Shown piece after piece: positions 10,138 to 20,704 of a DNA stretch of 64,000 nt. The number at the start of each line of letters is the position of its first letter. The first letter of the stretch is position 1. A program made the translations under genes and the position numbers. This stretch comes from Longimicrobiales bacterium (GTDB taxonomy: Bacteria > Gemmatimonadota > Gemmatimonadetes > Longimicrobiales > Gaopeijiaceae). The notes beneath the pieces are model-generated. The model did not search any database. It saw only the letters and a program-made list of their open reading frames with translations, and was not told the origin of the DNA. Location of the stretch: positions 352,001 to 416,000 of the forward strand of contig CBDAON010000004.1 in the NCBI GenBank assembly GCA_965198065.1. The letters are read 5' to 3'.

Positions 10138-11706
10138 GTGTCTAACACTCGCCGCCTCGCCACATGCGGGTTCCTGGCCGCGGCTGCCTCGTGGCTGGGG
10201 GCGCCCGCTGCCCAGGCGCAGCGGCCCGTCGATTCTCCGCCCTTCGAGGTGCACGAGGCCACGATCGCCGAGCTCCAAGCAGCCATGGGAGCGGGTCGCG
10301 TGACCTCGGTCGAGCTGGTCGACGCCTACCTGGCACGCATCCGAGCATATGACCTGGCCGGCCCCCGCCTGAACGCGGTGATCCACCTGAATCAGCGAGC
10401 GCGGAGCGATGCGGCAGCGTTGGACGGGGAGCGGTCGGCGGGACGCGTGCGCGGGCCCCTGCACGGCGTGCCGATCCTGCTCAAGGACAATTACGACACG
10501 AGGGACATGCCGACGACCGCCGGGTCCATGGCGCTCGCGGGCGTGATCCCGCCCGACGACGCCACGATCGTCCGGCAGATCCGCGAGGCAGGAGCCGTGA
10601 TCCTCGGGAAGACGAACCTACACGAGTGGGCGCGCGGGTACACCACGATCAGCTCGCTCGGAGGCCAAACGCTGAACCCCTACGATCCGACGCGCATCGC
10701 GGGGGGATCGAGCGGCGGGACGGGGGCCGCGGTGGCCGCGAGCCTGGCGGCCATAGGGTGGGGAACGGACACGTGTGGATCCATCCGGGTCCCCGCCGCG
10801 CTGAACGGCCTCTTTGGGCTCCGCCCCACGAAGGGGCTCGCGAGCATCGACGGCATCATCCCGCTCGCACACACGCAGGACGTGCCCGGGCCCCTGGCCC
10901 GTACCGTGTCTGACCTCGCGATCGGTCTCGACGTAACGGTCGGTCCCGATCCCGGTGATCCGTCCACGGCGATCCTGGCCGGGCGCCCCCTGCCCCGCTT
11001 TGCCGAGGCTCTCGATCCCGACGCGCTCCGGGGAGCTCGCATTGGGGTGCTCGCGAACTACTTCGGGAGTGCTCCCGAGGACGCCGAGGTCGGGGAGCTC
11101 GTGCGACGAGCAGTCGCCCGAATGTCCGAGCGCGGTGCCGAGGTGGTCGAAGTGACGCTTCCTGGCCTCGACTCTCTCCTCGCGGGCACGAGCGTGATCT
11201 CCGTGGAGTTCAAGTTCGACCTCCTGGACTATTTGGCGGCCACACCCACCTCCCCGTGGCGCACCCTCACCGAGGTGCTCGAGAGCGGGCTCTACCACGA
11301 CGCGGTGGCCGGCGGCCTCAGGCGAAGCGACGCGGTGGAGAGCCGGGACTCGAACGCGCGCCGCGAGGCACTCGCCCGGCGTGAACGGGCGCGGCAGACG
11401 GTCATCGATTTCCTCGAGAGCGAGGACCTCGACGCCCTGGCCTACCCCTCGGTCCGCCGCCCGCCCGCGCGCGTGGGAGAGGGCCAGGGAGGGGTGGCGT
11501 GCCAGCTGAGCGCCGCGACGGGCCTCCCAGCCATAACGATTCCCGCAGGACTGGTGGCGGACGCCCTTCCCCTGGGGTTCGAGCTCTTGGGGCGGCCGCT
11601 CGACGATGCGCGACTCGTCCAGTTAGCGTATGGTTACGAGGAGGCGTTTCGCCCGCGCATTCCCCCGGCCCTTACGCCCCCGCTGCCGAACCCCGACTCG
11701 CCCTAA
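10138..11706 (+). CDS. Secreted amidase (amidase signature family)
   Basis: Signal peptide; GPLHGVPILLKDN, GGSSGG and GTDTCGSIRVPA motifs. Confidence 0.93.
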   Translation: MSNTRRLATCGFLAAAASWLGAPAAQAQRPVDSPPFEVHEATIAELQAAMGAGRVTSVELVDAYLARIRAYDLAGPRLNAVIHLNQRARSDAAALDGERSAGRVRGPLHGVPILLKDNYDTRDMPTTAGSMALAGVIPPDDATIVRQIREAGAVILGKTNLHEWARGYTTISSLGGQTLNPYDPTRIAGGSSGGTGAAVAASLAAIGWGTDTCGSIRVPAALNGLFGLRPTKGLASIDGIIPLAHTQDVPGPLARTVSDLAIGLDVTVGPDPGDPSTAILAGRPLPRFAEALDPDALRGARIGVLANYFGSAPEDAEVGELVRRAVARMSERGAEVVEVTLPGLDSLLAGTSVISVEFKFDLLDYLAATPTSPWRTLTEVLESGLYHDAVAGGLRRSDAVESRDSNARREALARRERARQTVIDFLESEDLDALAYPSVRRPPARVGEGQGGVACQLSAATGLPAITIPAGLVADALPLGFELLGRPLDDARLVQLAYGYEEAFRPRIPPALTPPLPNPDSP

Positions 11707-11731
11707 CCCCGAGCTTCTCGTGGAGATCGAC

Positions 11732-13480
11732 ATGAGGCGGATCCTTTCCATCCTGACCGTTCCCCTGACCTTCGCCGTGCCGTGGGCCCTCACCGCCCAG
11801 CAGGGAGCCCCCGGGACCGTGCCGCAGGCGGCGGTCCGGGTGGACGATGACCTGATCCGGCGCGCCGACCCCGCCGAGTGGCTCACCTACGGTCGGGACT
11901 ACGCGGAGACCCACTTCAGCCCGCTCAACCAGATCGACGACGGAAACGTCGGCCGGCTGGGGCTCGCGTGGACGTGGCAAGTGGTAGGCACGAACGGCCG
12001 ACTGGAGTCCACGCCGCTCGTGCACGACGGCGTCATGTACGCGAGCGGCACGTACAGCACGGTCTTCGCCCTGGACGCGCGAACTGGGGAGCTCAAGTGG
12101 ATGTGGGATCCGGCCCTCGTGAGGGGAGGATACAGCCAGGGCGGGCCGACGTTTTGCTGCGGGCCGAACAACCGCGGGGTCGCGCTCTACCGGGGCAAGG
12201 TATTCGCCGGGCTCCTCGATGGACGCCTCGTCGCGCTCGACGCGGAGACCGGTCGACTGCTGTGGGCGCGCCAGACCACCCCGGTCGGCGTCGAGTACAG
12301 CATCACCGGGGCACCCCGGGTGGTGAAGGGAAATGTGATCATCGGGAACGGGGGAGCCGAGTACGGCGTGCGCGGGTTCATCACGGCCTACGACGCGGAG
12401 TCCGGCGAGGAAGCCTGGCGCCTCTACACGGTACCGGGCAATCCGGAGGACGGGTTCGAGTCCGTAGCCCTCGAGGTGGCCGCATCGAGCTGGGTGGGGG
12501 ACTGGTGGGCGCTCGGCGGAGGCGGGACGGTCTGGGATGCGATGGCCTACGACCCCGAGCTGGACCTCCTCTATATCGGGACCGGAAACGGCTCTCCCTG
12601 GAGCCGAGAGATCCGAAGCGCCGGCGAGGGGGACAACCTGTACCTCTCGTCGATCATTGCTGTCGACCCCGATGACGGGTCCTACGTCTGGCACTACCAG
12701 ACGACGCCCGGAGACGACTGGGACTACACGGCCACGCAGCCCATCATGCTCGCGGATATCGTGATCGACGGCGTGGAGCGTCAGGTCCTCATGCAAGCGC
12801 CGAAGAACGGCTTCTTCTACGTGATCGACCGGCGCACCGGCCGGCTCATCTCGGCCGAGCCGTATGCATACACGACCTGGGCCACGCGGATCGATCTCGA
12901 GACAGGTCGCCCGGTGGAGACCCCCATCGCCCGATACGACGAAGTGGGCGCCTGGATCTCGCCCGGGCCCATCGGAGCGCACAACTGGGAGCCGATGTCT
13001 TACAATCCCGGAACCGGGCTCGTCTACGTCCCGGGACAGAACAACCAGTCTTTCTACCGCCGGAACATCGATTTCGAGGTCGTGCGGGGACGGTTCAACA
13101 CGGGGACCGGGGGGTCGGCTCCGAGGACCATCGAGGCCCCATCGATCCCCGCGTCCCCCGGGTACCTGGTTGCGTGGGACCCTGCGGCCAATGCCGAGCG
13201 ATGGAGAATCCCGTACGAGACGCGGCGGAACGCGGGGACGCTCACGACCGCCGGTAACCTGCTCTTTACGGGAGAGGCTGGCGGAGTGTTCTACGCGTAC
13301 GACGCCACGACCGGTCGGGAGCTCTGGCGATACGACCTTCCGGCGGGCCTGGGGTCACCGATGACGTACGAGATGGACGGGCGGCAGTACGTCACGATCC
13401 TCGCTGGCCGGCAGGAGTCGGGCGAGTCCGCCGGCCGAGTGTGGACGTTCGCGCTGGACGGGAACGCGCCAAGGCCGTAG
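11732..13480 (+). CDS. PQQ-dependent alcohol dehydrogenase (methanol/ethanol family)
   Basis: Signal peptide from ATG 11732 (GGAG RBS); vicinal CCG.NRG, GNGGAE, WDYT and APKNGFFY motifs; Trp-docking repeats. Confidence 0.92.
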   Translation: MRRILSILTVPLTFAVPWALTAQQGAPGTVPQAAVRVDDDLIRRADPAEWLTYGRDYAETHFSPLNQIDDGNVGRLGLAWTWQVVGTNGRLESTPLVHDGVMYASGTYSTVFALDARTGELKWMWDPALVRGGYSQGGPTFCCGPNNRGVALYRGKVFAGLLDGRLVALDAETGRLLWARQTTPVGVEYSITGAPRVVKGNVIIGNGGAEYGVRGFITAYDAESGEEAWRLYTVPGNPEDGFESVALEVAASSWVGDWWALGGGGTVWDAMAYDPELDLLYIGTGNGSPWSREIRSAGEGDNLYLSSIIAVDPDDGSYVWHYQTTPGDDWDYTATQPIMLADIVIDGVERQVLMQAPKNGFFYVIDRRTGRLISAEPYAYTTWATRIDLETGRPVETPIARYDEVGAWISPGPIGAHNWEPMSYNPGTGLVYVPGQNNQSFYRRNIDFEVVRGRFNTGTGGSAPRTIEAPSIPASPGYLVAWDPAANAERWRIPYETRRNAGTLTTAGNLLFTGEAGGVFYAYDATTGRELWRYDLPAGLGSPMTYEMDGRQYVTILAGRQESGESAGRVWTFALDGNAPRP

Positions 13481-13506
13481 GCCGGGCGGCGCGAACCGGC
13501 CGACCG

Positions 13507-14478
13507 TCAGCTCGGCACCAGGAGCACCTTCCCGGTCGTCTTCCGGCCAGTCAGTCGCTCGTGCGCCTCGCCCGCGTTCCCGAGCGGGTGCTTCTCGCCG
13601 ATCCGCACGTCAAGCTGGCCGGCCTCGATCCACTCGAAGAGGTCTCCCGCCCGGCCCCGCAGCTCATCGGGCGTGGCGATATAGTGCCCAAGGGTGGGGC
13701 GGGTCAGGTAAAGGGAGCCACCCGCGTTCAGGCGCTGGGGGTCCACGGGAGGGACGGCGCCGCTCGACTGACCGAAGAGCACGAGAAACCCCCGGGGCCC
13801 GAGACACTTCATGCTGGCGTCGAATGTGTCCTTCCCGACGGAATCGTAAACCACGTCCACACCCTTCCCCTCCGTAACCCGCGAGACCTCCTCCGCGAAG
13901 TCCTTCTCGGTGTAACGGATGACCTCGTCCGCGCCGGCCTGCTTCGCGAGCTCGGCTTTCTCCTCCGTGGAGACGGTTCCATAGACGGTAGCGCCGCCTA
14001 GCTTCGCCATCTGGGTGAGGAGGAGGCCGACCCCGCCCGCCGCCGCGTGGACGAGCACCCGCTTGCCTCTCTCGAGCGGAACCGTACTCCGCGCCAGGTA
14101 GTGGGCCGTCATCCCCTGGAGCATGACTGCGGCCGCGATCTCGAGGTCAACGCCCTCCGGCACGGGCACCAGCTTCCACGCGGGAAGGACGGCGTACTCG
14201 GCGTAGCTCCCGACCTGCATCGCGTACGCAACCCGATCCCCCGGCTGGACGCCGTCCACTCCGGGGCCCACGGCGTCCACGATCCCGGCCGCTTCCATAC
14301 CGGGAGTGAAGGGTAGCGGGCTCTTATAGGCCCCGGTCCGGAAGTACACATCGATGAAGTTGACACCCGATGCCGCTACGCGGATCCTCGCCTCTCCCTC
14401 GCCCGGGTCGGGAACGGGCACGTCCTCCAATCGGAGGACCTCTGGCCCTCCAAGTTCTTGGACCCGGATCGCCTTCAT
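13507..14478 (-). CDS. qor: NADPH:quinone oxidoreductase (zeta-crystallin/MDR family)
   Basis: [21 protein letters not shown] and TTGK motifs. Confidence 0.92.
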   Translation of the reverse strand: MKAIRVQELGGPEVLRLEDVPVPDPGEGEARIRVAASGVNFIDVYFRTGAYKSPLPFTPGMEAAGIVDAVGPGVDGVQPGDRVAYAMQVGSYAEYAVLPAWKLVPVPEGVDLEIAAAVMLQGMTAHYLARSTVPLERGKRVLVHAAAGGVGLLLTQMAKLGGATVYGTVSTEEKAELAKQAGADEVIRYTEKDFAEEVSRVTEGKGVDVVYDSVGKDTFDASMKCLGPRGFLVLFGQSSGAVPPVDPQRLNAGGSLYLTRPTLGHYIATPDELRGRAGDLFEWIEAGQLDVRIGEKHPLGNAGEAHERLTGRKTTGKVLLVPS

Positions 14479-14728
14479 TCTTCACACCTCCTGGTGGGAC
14501 TCGGTCGGGTCCCATCGGTCATCTAACGAGAACCCGCGGGCTGGGAGCACGTGACGGTAAGAGCCCGCCGATCACGGGGCAAGAAACGCCTCCGAGGGGT
14601 GCGCCTGCGCCCCCCGACCGTTACCCTAGCCGAGGCTCGAATCACACCGACAAGTGGGCTTCGACCTGCGGTCTGGCGGGTCCCTTCGTCCGCAGCACTT
14701 CTGCTCTGAACAATAGGAGGGAAGTGTA

Positions 14729-15382
14729 ATGGCTCGTACGAAGATGTATCTCGCGGCTCTCATCCTCGCCGGCCTGGCCGTGCCGGGCTCGGTCGAGGCG
14801 CAGGACCCGCGGATGAACTTCTTTTTCACAAGCGTGGGCCCGGGAGACGGCGCGAACCTGGGGGAGCTGGCCGGTGCGGACGCACACTGCGAGCACCTCG
14901 CGTACGCCGTCGGCATGCAGGACAAGACCTGGAGGGCCTACCTGAGCGCGGCCGGTACCGGCGGGCGGCCCGCGGTGAACGCACGTGACCGGATCGGGGA
15001 CGGCCCGTGGTACAACTACGCCGGGGTCATGGTCGCGAGTGACGTGGACGAGCTCCACGGACAGAACAACCTCGCGAAGGAGACCGCCCTGAGTGAGATG
15101 GGCGTCGTGATCCACGGTCGTGGGGACAGCCCGAACCGCCACGACGTCCTCACCGGCTCCGAGATCGAAGGCACCGTCATGCCAGGGCCGGCCGCCGATA
15201 CGACGTGCAACAACTGGACGAGCAACGGCGCGGGAAGCGCGCAGGTCGGCCACTTCGATCGGCAGGGCGGCGGACAGAATCCCACGTCCTGGAACTCGGC
15301 CCACTCGTCGTCGGGGTGCGGCCAGGAGGATCTCCGCGGGACGGGAGGCGACGGGCTCTTCTTCTGTTTCGCGATCGACTGA
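14729..15382 (+). CDS. Secreted Cys-containing lectin/endostatin-like protein
   Basis: Signal peptide; LAGADAHC, WRAYLS, ARDRIG.GPW, HDVLTGS and C..WTS motifs; C-terminal FCFA. Confidence 0.75.
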   Translation: MARTKMYLAALILAGLAVPGSVEAQDPRMNFFFTSVGPGDGANLGELAGADAHCEHLAYAVGMQDKTWRAYLSAAGTGGRPAVNARDRIGDGPWYNYAGVMVASDVDELHGQNNLAKETALSEMGVVIHGRGDSPNRHDVLTGSEIEGTVMPGPAADTTCNNWTSNGAGSAQVGHFDRQGGGQNPTSWNSAHSSSGCGQEDLRGTGGDGLFFCFAID

Positions 15383-16326
15383 TGCCCCGCGGCTCGGTGC
15401 CCCTCGTCCTCCTTGCCGTCCTCGCCGCGGGAGCCTCGATCGTTCGGGAGGGCGCCGCATCGGGGGCAGGAGCCCCGGAGTCCCGCGAGCTCGCGGAGCC
15501 GCGCCCGCCGGCTCCGCGGGCCGGACAGGCACCCGTGATCCTCGTCACGGGATCCACGAGCGGGCTTGGTCGCGAGGTCGCCCTTCGACTGGGGGCGACC
15601 GGCGCCCACGTGATCGTGCACGGACGGAACCGCGAGCGAGGACTCGATGTCGTCCGAGAGATCGAGGCCGGCGGCCGCGGGAGCGCACGGTTCTACGCCG
15701 CCGACCTGGCATCGTTCGACGAGGTGAGGGGGCTCGCTCAGGAGATCCTGGCCGATTACGACCGCCTGGACGTCCTCGTGAACAACGCGGGGATCTGGCT
15801 CGAGCCCTCGGATGGGCGGCTGCTCAGCGCCGACGGGCACGAGCTTCACTTCCAGGTGAACTACCTCTCGGGCTTCCTCCTCACCCGTATGCTCCTCCCG
15901 CTCCTCCGGCAGAGCGCGCCGGCGAGAATCGTGAACGTCTCCTCGGGAGCCCAGAGGCCGATCGACTTCGACGACCCAATGATGACGCGGGGCTATTCCG
16001 ATGGCCGGGGCTACGCTCAGAGCAAGCTCGCCCAGATCCTCTTCACGTTCGACCTGGCGCAAGAGCTGGCCGGGACGGGGGTAACCGCGAACACCCTCCA
16101 CCCCGCCACGATGATGGACACGAACATGGTGCTTTCGCGGGGGGCGACGGCACGGAGTTCGGTCGACGAGGGAGCAGCGGCCGTGATGAACGTCATCACC
16201 GGATCGGACGTCGGGACCGGCCAGTACTTCAACGGCACGAGGCCCGCTCGCGCGAACGCGCAGGCCTACGACCCGACGGCTCGGGAGAGGCTCCGGGAGC
16301 TTAGCGAAGAACTGACGGGGCTCTGA
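15382..16326 (+). CDS. Short-chain dehydrogenase/reductase with N-terminal signal
   Basis: TGSTSGLG, NNAG and YAQSK motifs; ATG overlaps the upstream stop (TGATG). Confidence 0.9.
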   Translation: MPRGSVPLVLLAVLAAGASIVREGAASGAGAPESRELAEPRPPAPRAGQAPVILVTGSTSGLGREVALRLGATGAHVIVHGRNRERGLDVVREIEAGGRGSARFYAADLASFDEVRGLAQEILADYDRLDVLVNNAGIWLEPSDGRLLSADGHELHFQVNYLSGFLLTRMLLPLLRQSAPARIVNVSSGAQRPIDFDDPMMTRGYSDGRGYAQSKLAQILFTFDLAQELAGTGVTANTLHPATMMDTNMVLSRGATARSSVDEGAAAVMNVITGSDVGTGQYFNGTRPARANAQAYDPTARERLRELSEELTGL

Positions 16327-16329
16327 AGC

Positions 16330-17394
16330 TCATCCGAGGGCCGCGTTCCGCGCCCGCGTCGCCTCGGCGAGCTGCTCGAGGCAGGATACGGAGTCCTCCC
16401 ACCCGAGGCACCCGTCCGTGATGCTCTGTCCGTATACGAGCTCACGCACGTCGCCTAGCGCCTGGGCTCCCTCGACCAGGTTGCTCTCGATCATGACCCC
16501 CATGATTCCCGTCTCGCCGTCGCGAAGCTGACCGCAGACGTCCGCGCAGACGTCGATCTGCTGCTTGAACCGCTTTCCGCTGTTCGCGTGGCTCAGATCG
16601 ACCATGACCTTCGGGGGAAGGTCTCCCCGCTCCAGCATCTGGACCACCTCCTTCACCGACTCCCGGTCGTAATTCGGAGCGCCGTTCCCTCCCCGGAGGA
16701 TGATGTGACAGTCCTCATTCCCGGCGGTGGAGAAGATCGCGGAGTGCCCCTCCTTGGTGACGGAGAGGAAGATGTGAGAATGGCGGGCCGCCCGAACCGC
16801 GTCCACCGCGACCTGTACGGAGCCGAGCGTACTGTTCTTGAAGCCCACCGGGCAGGAGAGGCCGGACGCGAGCTGGCGGTGCACCTGGCTCTCCGTCGTC
16901 CGGGCCCCGATGGCCGCCCAGGCCACGAGGTCACCGAAGTACTGGGGGGAGATCGGATCCAGGTACTCGGTTCCCGGCGCTATCCCCATGTCCACCAGGT
17001 CGCGGAGCAATCCGCGGGCGATGCGGAGCCCCTCGTTGATCACGAAGGAGTTGTTCAGGTGTGGGTCGTTGATGAGCCCCTTCCAACCGACCGTCGTGCG
17101 CGGCTTCTCGAAGTACACCCTCATCACGATGTCGAGTGCATCCTCGAAGCGGACGGCTTGCTCGTGGAGTCGCGCCCCGTACTCCAGAGCGGCCTTCGGA
17201 TCGTGGATGGAGCAGGGGCCGATCACGACCAGGAGCCGCGGATCCCGCCCGTGGATGATCTGTCCGATCTCCCACCGCGACGAGAACACGAGCTCGGACG
17301 CGACATCGGAGAGCGTGAGGTCCCGGATCAGGATCTCCGGGGCCTCCACCTCCTCCATCCCCGTGATCCGGACGTCATCGGTGTGGTATTTCAC
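16330..17394 (-). CDS. 3-deoxy-7-phosphoheptulonate (DAHP) synthase, class I-alpha (AroF/G/H type)
   Basis: GPCSIHD, KPRTTVGWKG, IGARTTESQ.HR, SHANS and YGQSITDGC motifs. Confidence 0.96.
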   Translation of the reverse strand: MKYHTDDVRITGMEEVEAPEILIRDLTLSDVASELVFSSRWEIGQIIHGRDPRLLVVIGPCSIHDPKAALEYGARLHEQAVRFEDALDIVMRVYFEKPRTTVGWKGLINDPHLNNSFVINEGLRIARGLLRDLVDMGIAPGTEYLDPISPQYFGDLVAWAAIGARTTESQVHRQLASGLSCPVGFKNSTLGSVQVAVDAVRAARHSHIFLSVTKEGHSAIFSTAGNEDCHIILRGGNGAPNYDRESVKEVVQMLERGDLPPKVMVDLSHANSGKRFKQQIDVCADVCGQLRDGETGIMGVMIESNLVEGAQALGDVRELVYGQSITDGCLGWEDSVSCLEQLAEATRARNAALG

Positions 17395-17487
17395 GCGGGG
17401 AGCCTAACGGGTGGCAGGACGGCCGACAACGGGGAAAGGCAGCGAGAATAGTGACTGGACCCGGCCACGTTGGCCCCGCGCCCTCAA

Positions 17488-18504
17488 CTACGGAAGGGAG
17501 AGCAGGCTCGTCCCGTCCACGGTGATCACCCCGTAACGGACGATCCAGTGCAGGTGGGGGCCTGTGACCCGTCCGGTGGCCCCGACCCGCCCGATCACCT
17601 GACCGGGCGCCACGACGTCCCCCTCCTCCACCTCCCGCACGCTCAGGTGCAGATAGGCGGTCACGAGACCCGCGCCATGATCGAGATAGACGACGTTTCC
17701 GCCCAGATAGAAGGAATCGACGAGGGCGACGATCCCGGGGGCCGGGGCGAGCACGGGCTCCCCGGGCGCTCCCTGGTAATCCGTCCCCATGTGGCGGCTC
17801 TGGACCTGGTCGTTGAACACGCGCCCGTGCCCGAAACCACTCGTGATCCGGGTGCCGCGCGGGGCCTCGAACGGCGCCTCCCACTCCCACATCCGGGGCG
17901 TGCCGTGCGAGGCGCGAGATATCGCCATCGCGCGCGCGGACTCCTCGTCCACCCGGCGCTGGAGATCGGGCGGCAGAGGGTCCCCGAACTCGGGGGCGAC
18001 CGTGAGCCGCTCCATTCGGTAATCTCCGGGCACGATGGGCACTTGATGGAGCTGGCTCGCCCGCTCCCCCGCGGGCCCGCGGAGATCGAGCGACAGCTGG
18101 AGGCGACCCGAGGCGTCCACGGGCGCCGCGGCCAAAGCGAGGAGCGCGCCGTCGGGTCCCTCCACGAAGTGGATCGGCTCACCCGCGAAGGTGGCATCAA
18201 CCTCGTCCGGGAGCCCACCGTCCACCGCCGACAGTCGGACCTGGAAGAGGGTCCCCTGGGGCACCTCGGCCGGCGTCCATCTGACCGCGACCGAATCGAG
18301 CGCGGCTGAAAACGAGGGCCGCGCAGTGGCCCCAGAGGGGGAGCCCGGCTCCACCACTGGAGAGCCGGCCGGGGGCGCGGCCATCGGGGCGGGCCTACTC
18401 CCCGACAGGGCCGGCCCGACAGCTACGGCCGCCATCGCCGCCGCCAGACCCCACGCCCAGCGTTCCCTCACCGTCGGATCTCTTCCTCCCTTCCGGCTCG
18501 ACAA
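17488..18504 (-). CDS. M23 family metallopeptidase
   Basis: HMGTD, HLS and GPHLHW motifs; start position uncertain. Confidence 0.88.
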   Translation of the reverse strand: MSSRKGGRDPTVRERWAWGLAAAMAAVAVGPALSGSRPAPMAAPPAGSPVVEPGSPSGATARPSFSAALDSVAVRWTPAEVPQGTLFQVRLSAVDGGLPDEVDATFAGEPIHFVEGPDGALLALAAAPVDASGRLQLSLDLRGPAGERASQLHQVPIVPGDYRMERLTVAPEFGDPLPPDLQRRVDEESARAMAISRASHGTPRMWEWEAPFEAPRGTRITSGFGHGRVFNDQVQSRHMGTDYQGAPGEPVLAPAPGIVALVDSFYLGGNVVYLDHGAGLVTAYLHLSVREVEEGDVVAPGQVIGRVGATGRVTGPHLHWIVRYGVITVDGTSLLSLP

Positions 18505-18683
18505 CGCGCTAGTCGAGGCCCTCGTGACCCCTGCCTAGCTCCCAATCGCAGCCAGTTCCTCGTACCCGTCCTGACGGACTATTGCGCCCCGCGGGGCTTC
18601 CCGGAAAGCTCGATGGACGCCCGGCGGACCGAGCTTGCCTCCGCTCCACGCCCTCTTTACCACCGCGCGAAGCAGAGTGATCG

Positions 18684-18812
18684 CGATGGTTCCGGGCGCA
18701 CGACGTGAGGACCGGCGAGGTCCTCTTGGAGGCGCGACTCGGCACCTCCGCCCCGGGGCACCCGATCTCGTTCGCGGTGGACGGGAAGCAGTACATCGCG
18801 GTAACGACGGCG
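18684..18812 (+). pseudogene. Orphan C-terminal fragment of a PQQ-dependent dehydrogenase
   Basis: Translates as RWFRAHDVRTGEVLLEARLGTSAPGHPISFAVDGKQYIAVTT, similar to the C-terminus of the gene at 11732. An in-frame stop lies just upstream. Confidence 0.65.
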
Positions 18813-18822
18813 GCAGCGCAGC

Positions 18823-20700
18823 CTACGGCGCCGCGTCGGTCGGCCCGCTCACGAAGGCCCTCATGAGGAGCCACCCGTCCGGATCGAGGCGGAGACGGGT
18901 CGGGCGAGACGGCAGGGTCACCGAGACCGACCACTCGCGTCCGTCTACCCACTCGGTGACGCGGTGGACCCCTCCCGCGAGCTGGAACTCGAGCTCCACC
19001 GGCATTTGGAAGGTCGGCCAATCTTCCGGCTGATCCTGGACGATCGAGACCCGGGCTCGCTGGGACCGTTCGTCCCAGCTCCATTCCACCCGGTAGGTCG
19101 GGTATCCCGGTGAGTGGAGCCACTGCTGGAAGAACCAGTCCAGGAGCTCGCCCCTGACCTCGTCGAACGCGGCCTGGAGATCGGCCGTCACCACGTTTCC
19201 ACCGGTGTGCCGCTGGTAGTAGCTCCGGATCTGGTTGAAGAACGTCCGGTCTCCGACCACCCACCGTAGCATGTGCAGGACGAGCGCACCCTTGTCGTAC
19301 GAGTTCGCGTTGAGGAGGTCCAACAGGTTCGACGCGGTCGAGTCCACCACCGGGCGGTCGACCACGTCCGAGGTCAGGTATCGCTCCCGGGACCGCGCCA
19401 TCCGGGTCTGGAAGGCCTCCGGCCCCTCGATCCGCTCACGAAACACGGCCGCGAAGTACGTTGCGAAGCCCTCGGAGAGCCAGAGGTGCGGCCAGTCCGC
19501 GGGCGTGACCGCATCCCCGAACCACTGGTGCGCGATCTCGTGGGCGACGGTGTCCTCGATGTCGCGCCCTTCGGCAATCGCCTCTTCCGAGTAGAAGATG
19601 GCGGACGCGTTCTCCATCCCCCCGAAGCGGGTCGAGGCCTGCACGTTCGCAAGCTTCTCGAAGAGATACGGACCGAACAGATCCGTGAACGCGTCCACCA
19701 TCTGCCCGGAGCGGCCGAAGATCTCCCGAGCGAACGCCGTGTCGGGTGGGAACGCCCACGACGTCACCTCTATGCACCCGTCGGACCGGGGAGAGGCGGG
19801 CGCCGCCCCGCACGCCGCCACCCCCTGATCCAGCACTTCGAGGTTCGCGATCCCCACGACCATGAGGTAGGTGGGGATCGGAACCCGTGTCCCCCAGCGC
19901 CAGGTCACGAGCCCCTCGATCCCACCGGTGCGAGCCGGATCGGCCGGCTCGGGCTCCCCCGTCTGGGCCCCATTCGCGATCACGCTATAGGCGGGCGGCA
20001 CGTGCACGGTATACGAAACCGTGGCCTTGTCCGACGGGTGGTCGTTCGACGGGAACCAGAAACGCGCCCGATTCGGCCAGTTGTCCGCGAAGACGGTTGG
20101 CTCCCCGTGCACGTTCCGCCCGATGATGAGGCCGTCGTCCGGGGTGCCACGCGTCATGACCTCGACCTGGAGGGTGTCGTAGACCCCGGGCATCCCGGGG
20201 CTCACCATGCGGAGGAGGCCTGGATCCTGGCGGAACTGAATCGGGACCCCGCGAGCCGTGACCGCCTCGACCGCGAGTCCCGACAGGTCGACGGTCACCG
20301 TGTGGACGCCGCGACCCTCCCTCAAGTACCGGATGACGGTCCGCGCCGCGATCCGATCACCCTCGGGTGGCACGACCAGCTCCACGTCGTAGTGGAGCAC
20401 GTCAATCGCGTCGTGGTAGCGGTCCGCCTCGGGAGGGAGCCCGATGGGAACGGGGTCGGGCTCGGTCCACCCGGCAGCCGGGTCGAGGGGGGGCGGGGAG
20501 AGGGTGTCCCAGACGAACGCGGGAGCGTCCTCTCCGTAGAGCCAGCGGAGCGGCCGCTCCCAGTCCACGTCAGAGAGGTACGCGCACCCCGCCGAAGCCG
20601 CTGAGGCCGTTAACCCCACGGCCGCCAGGACGATGGCCCTTCCGCGTGCCGTCGGGGGCGGGGCGGCGGCTCGGCTGATCGTTCGGCCCTCCCCTTGCAC
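18823..20700 (-). CDS. M1 family aminopeptidase (probable lipoprotein)
   Basis: GGMEN, HEIAHQWFG...WLSEGFA and YDKG motifs. Confidence 0.93.
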   Translation of the reverse strand: MQGEGRTISRAAAPPPTARGRAIVLAAVGLTASAASAGCAYLSDVDWERPLRWLYGEDAPAFVWDTLSPPPLDPAAGWTEPDPVPIGLPPEADRYHDAIDVLHYDVELVVPPEGDRIAARTVIRYLREGRGVHTVTVDLSGLAVEAVTARGVPIQFRQDPGLLRMVSPGMPGVYDTLQVEVMTRGTPDDGLIIGRNVHGEPTVFADNWPNRARFWFPSNDHPSDKATVSYTVHVPPAYSVIANGAQTGEPEPADPARTGGIEGLVTWRWGTRVPIPTYLMVVGIANLEVLDQGVAACGAAPASPRSDGCIEVTSWAFPPDTAFAREIFGRSGQMVDAFTDLFGPYLFEKLANVQASTRFGGMENASAIFYSEEAIAEGRDIEDTVAHEIAHQWFGDAVTPADWPHLWLSEGFATYFAAVFRERIEGPEAFQTRMARSRERYLTSDVVDRPVVDSTASNLLDLLNANSYDKGALVLHMLRWVVGDRTFFNQIRSYYQRHTGGNVVTADLQAAFDEVRGELLDWFFQQWLHSPGYPTYRVEWSWDERSQRARVSIVQDQPEDWPTFQMPVELEFQLAGGVHRVTEWVDGREWSVSVTLPSRPTRLRLDPDGWLLMRAFVSGPTDAAP

Positions 20701-20704
20701 GCCC

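Noticed and set aside
11732..13480. Lanthanide-dependent dehydrogenase
   Set aside because: The active-site motif is DYT and lacks the extra Asp (D-x-D) of XoxF/ExaF/PedH.
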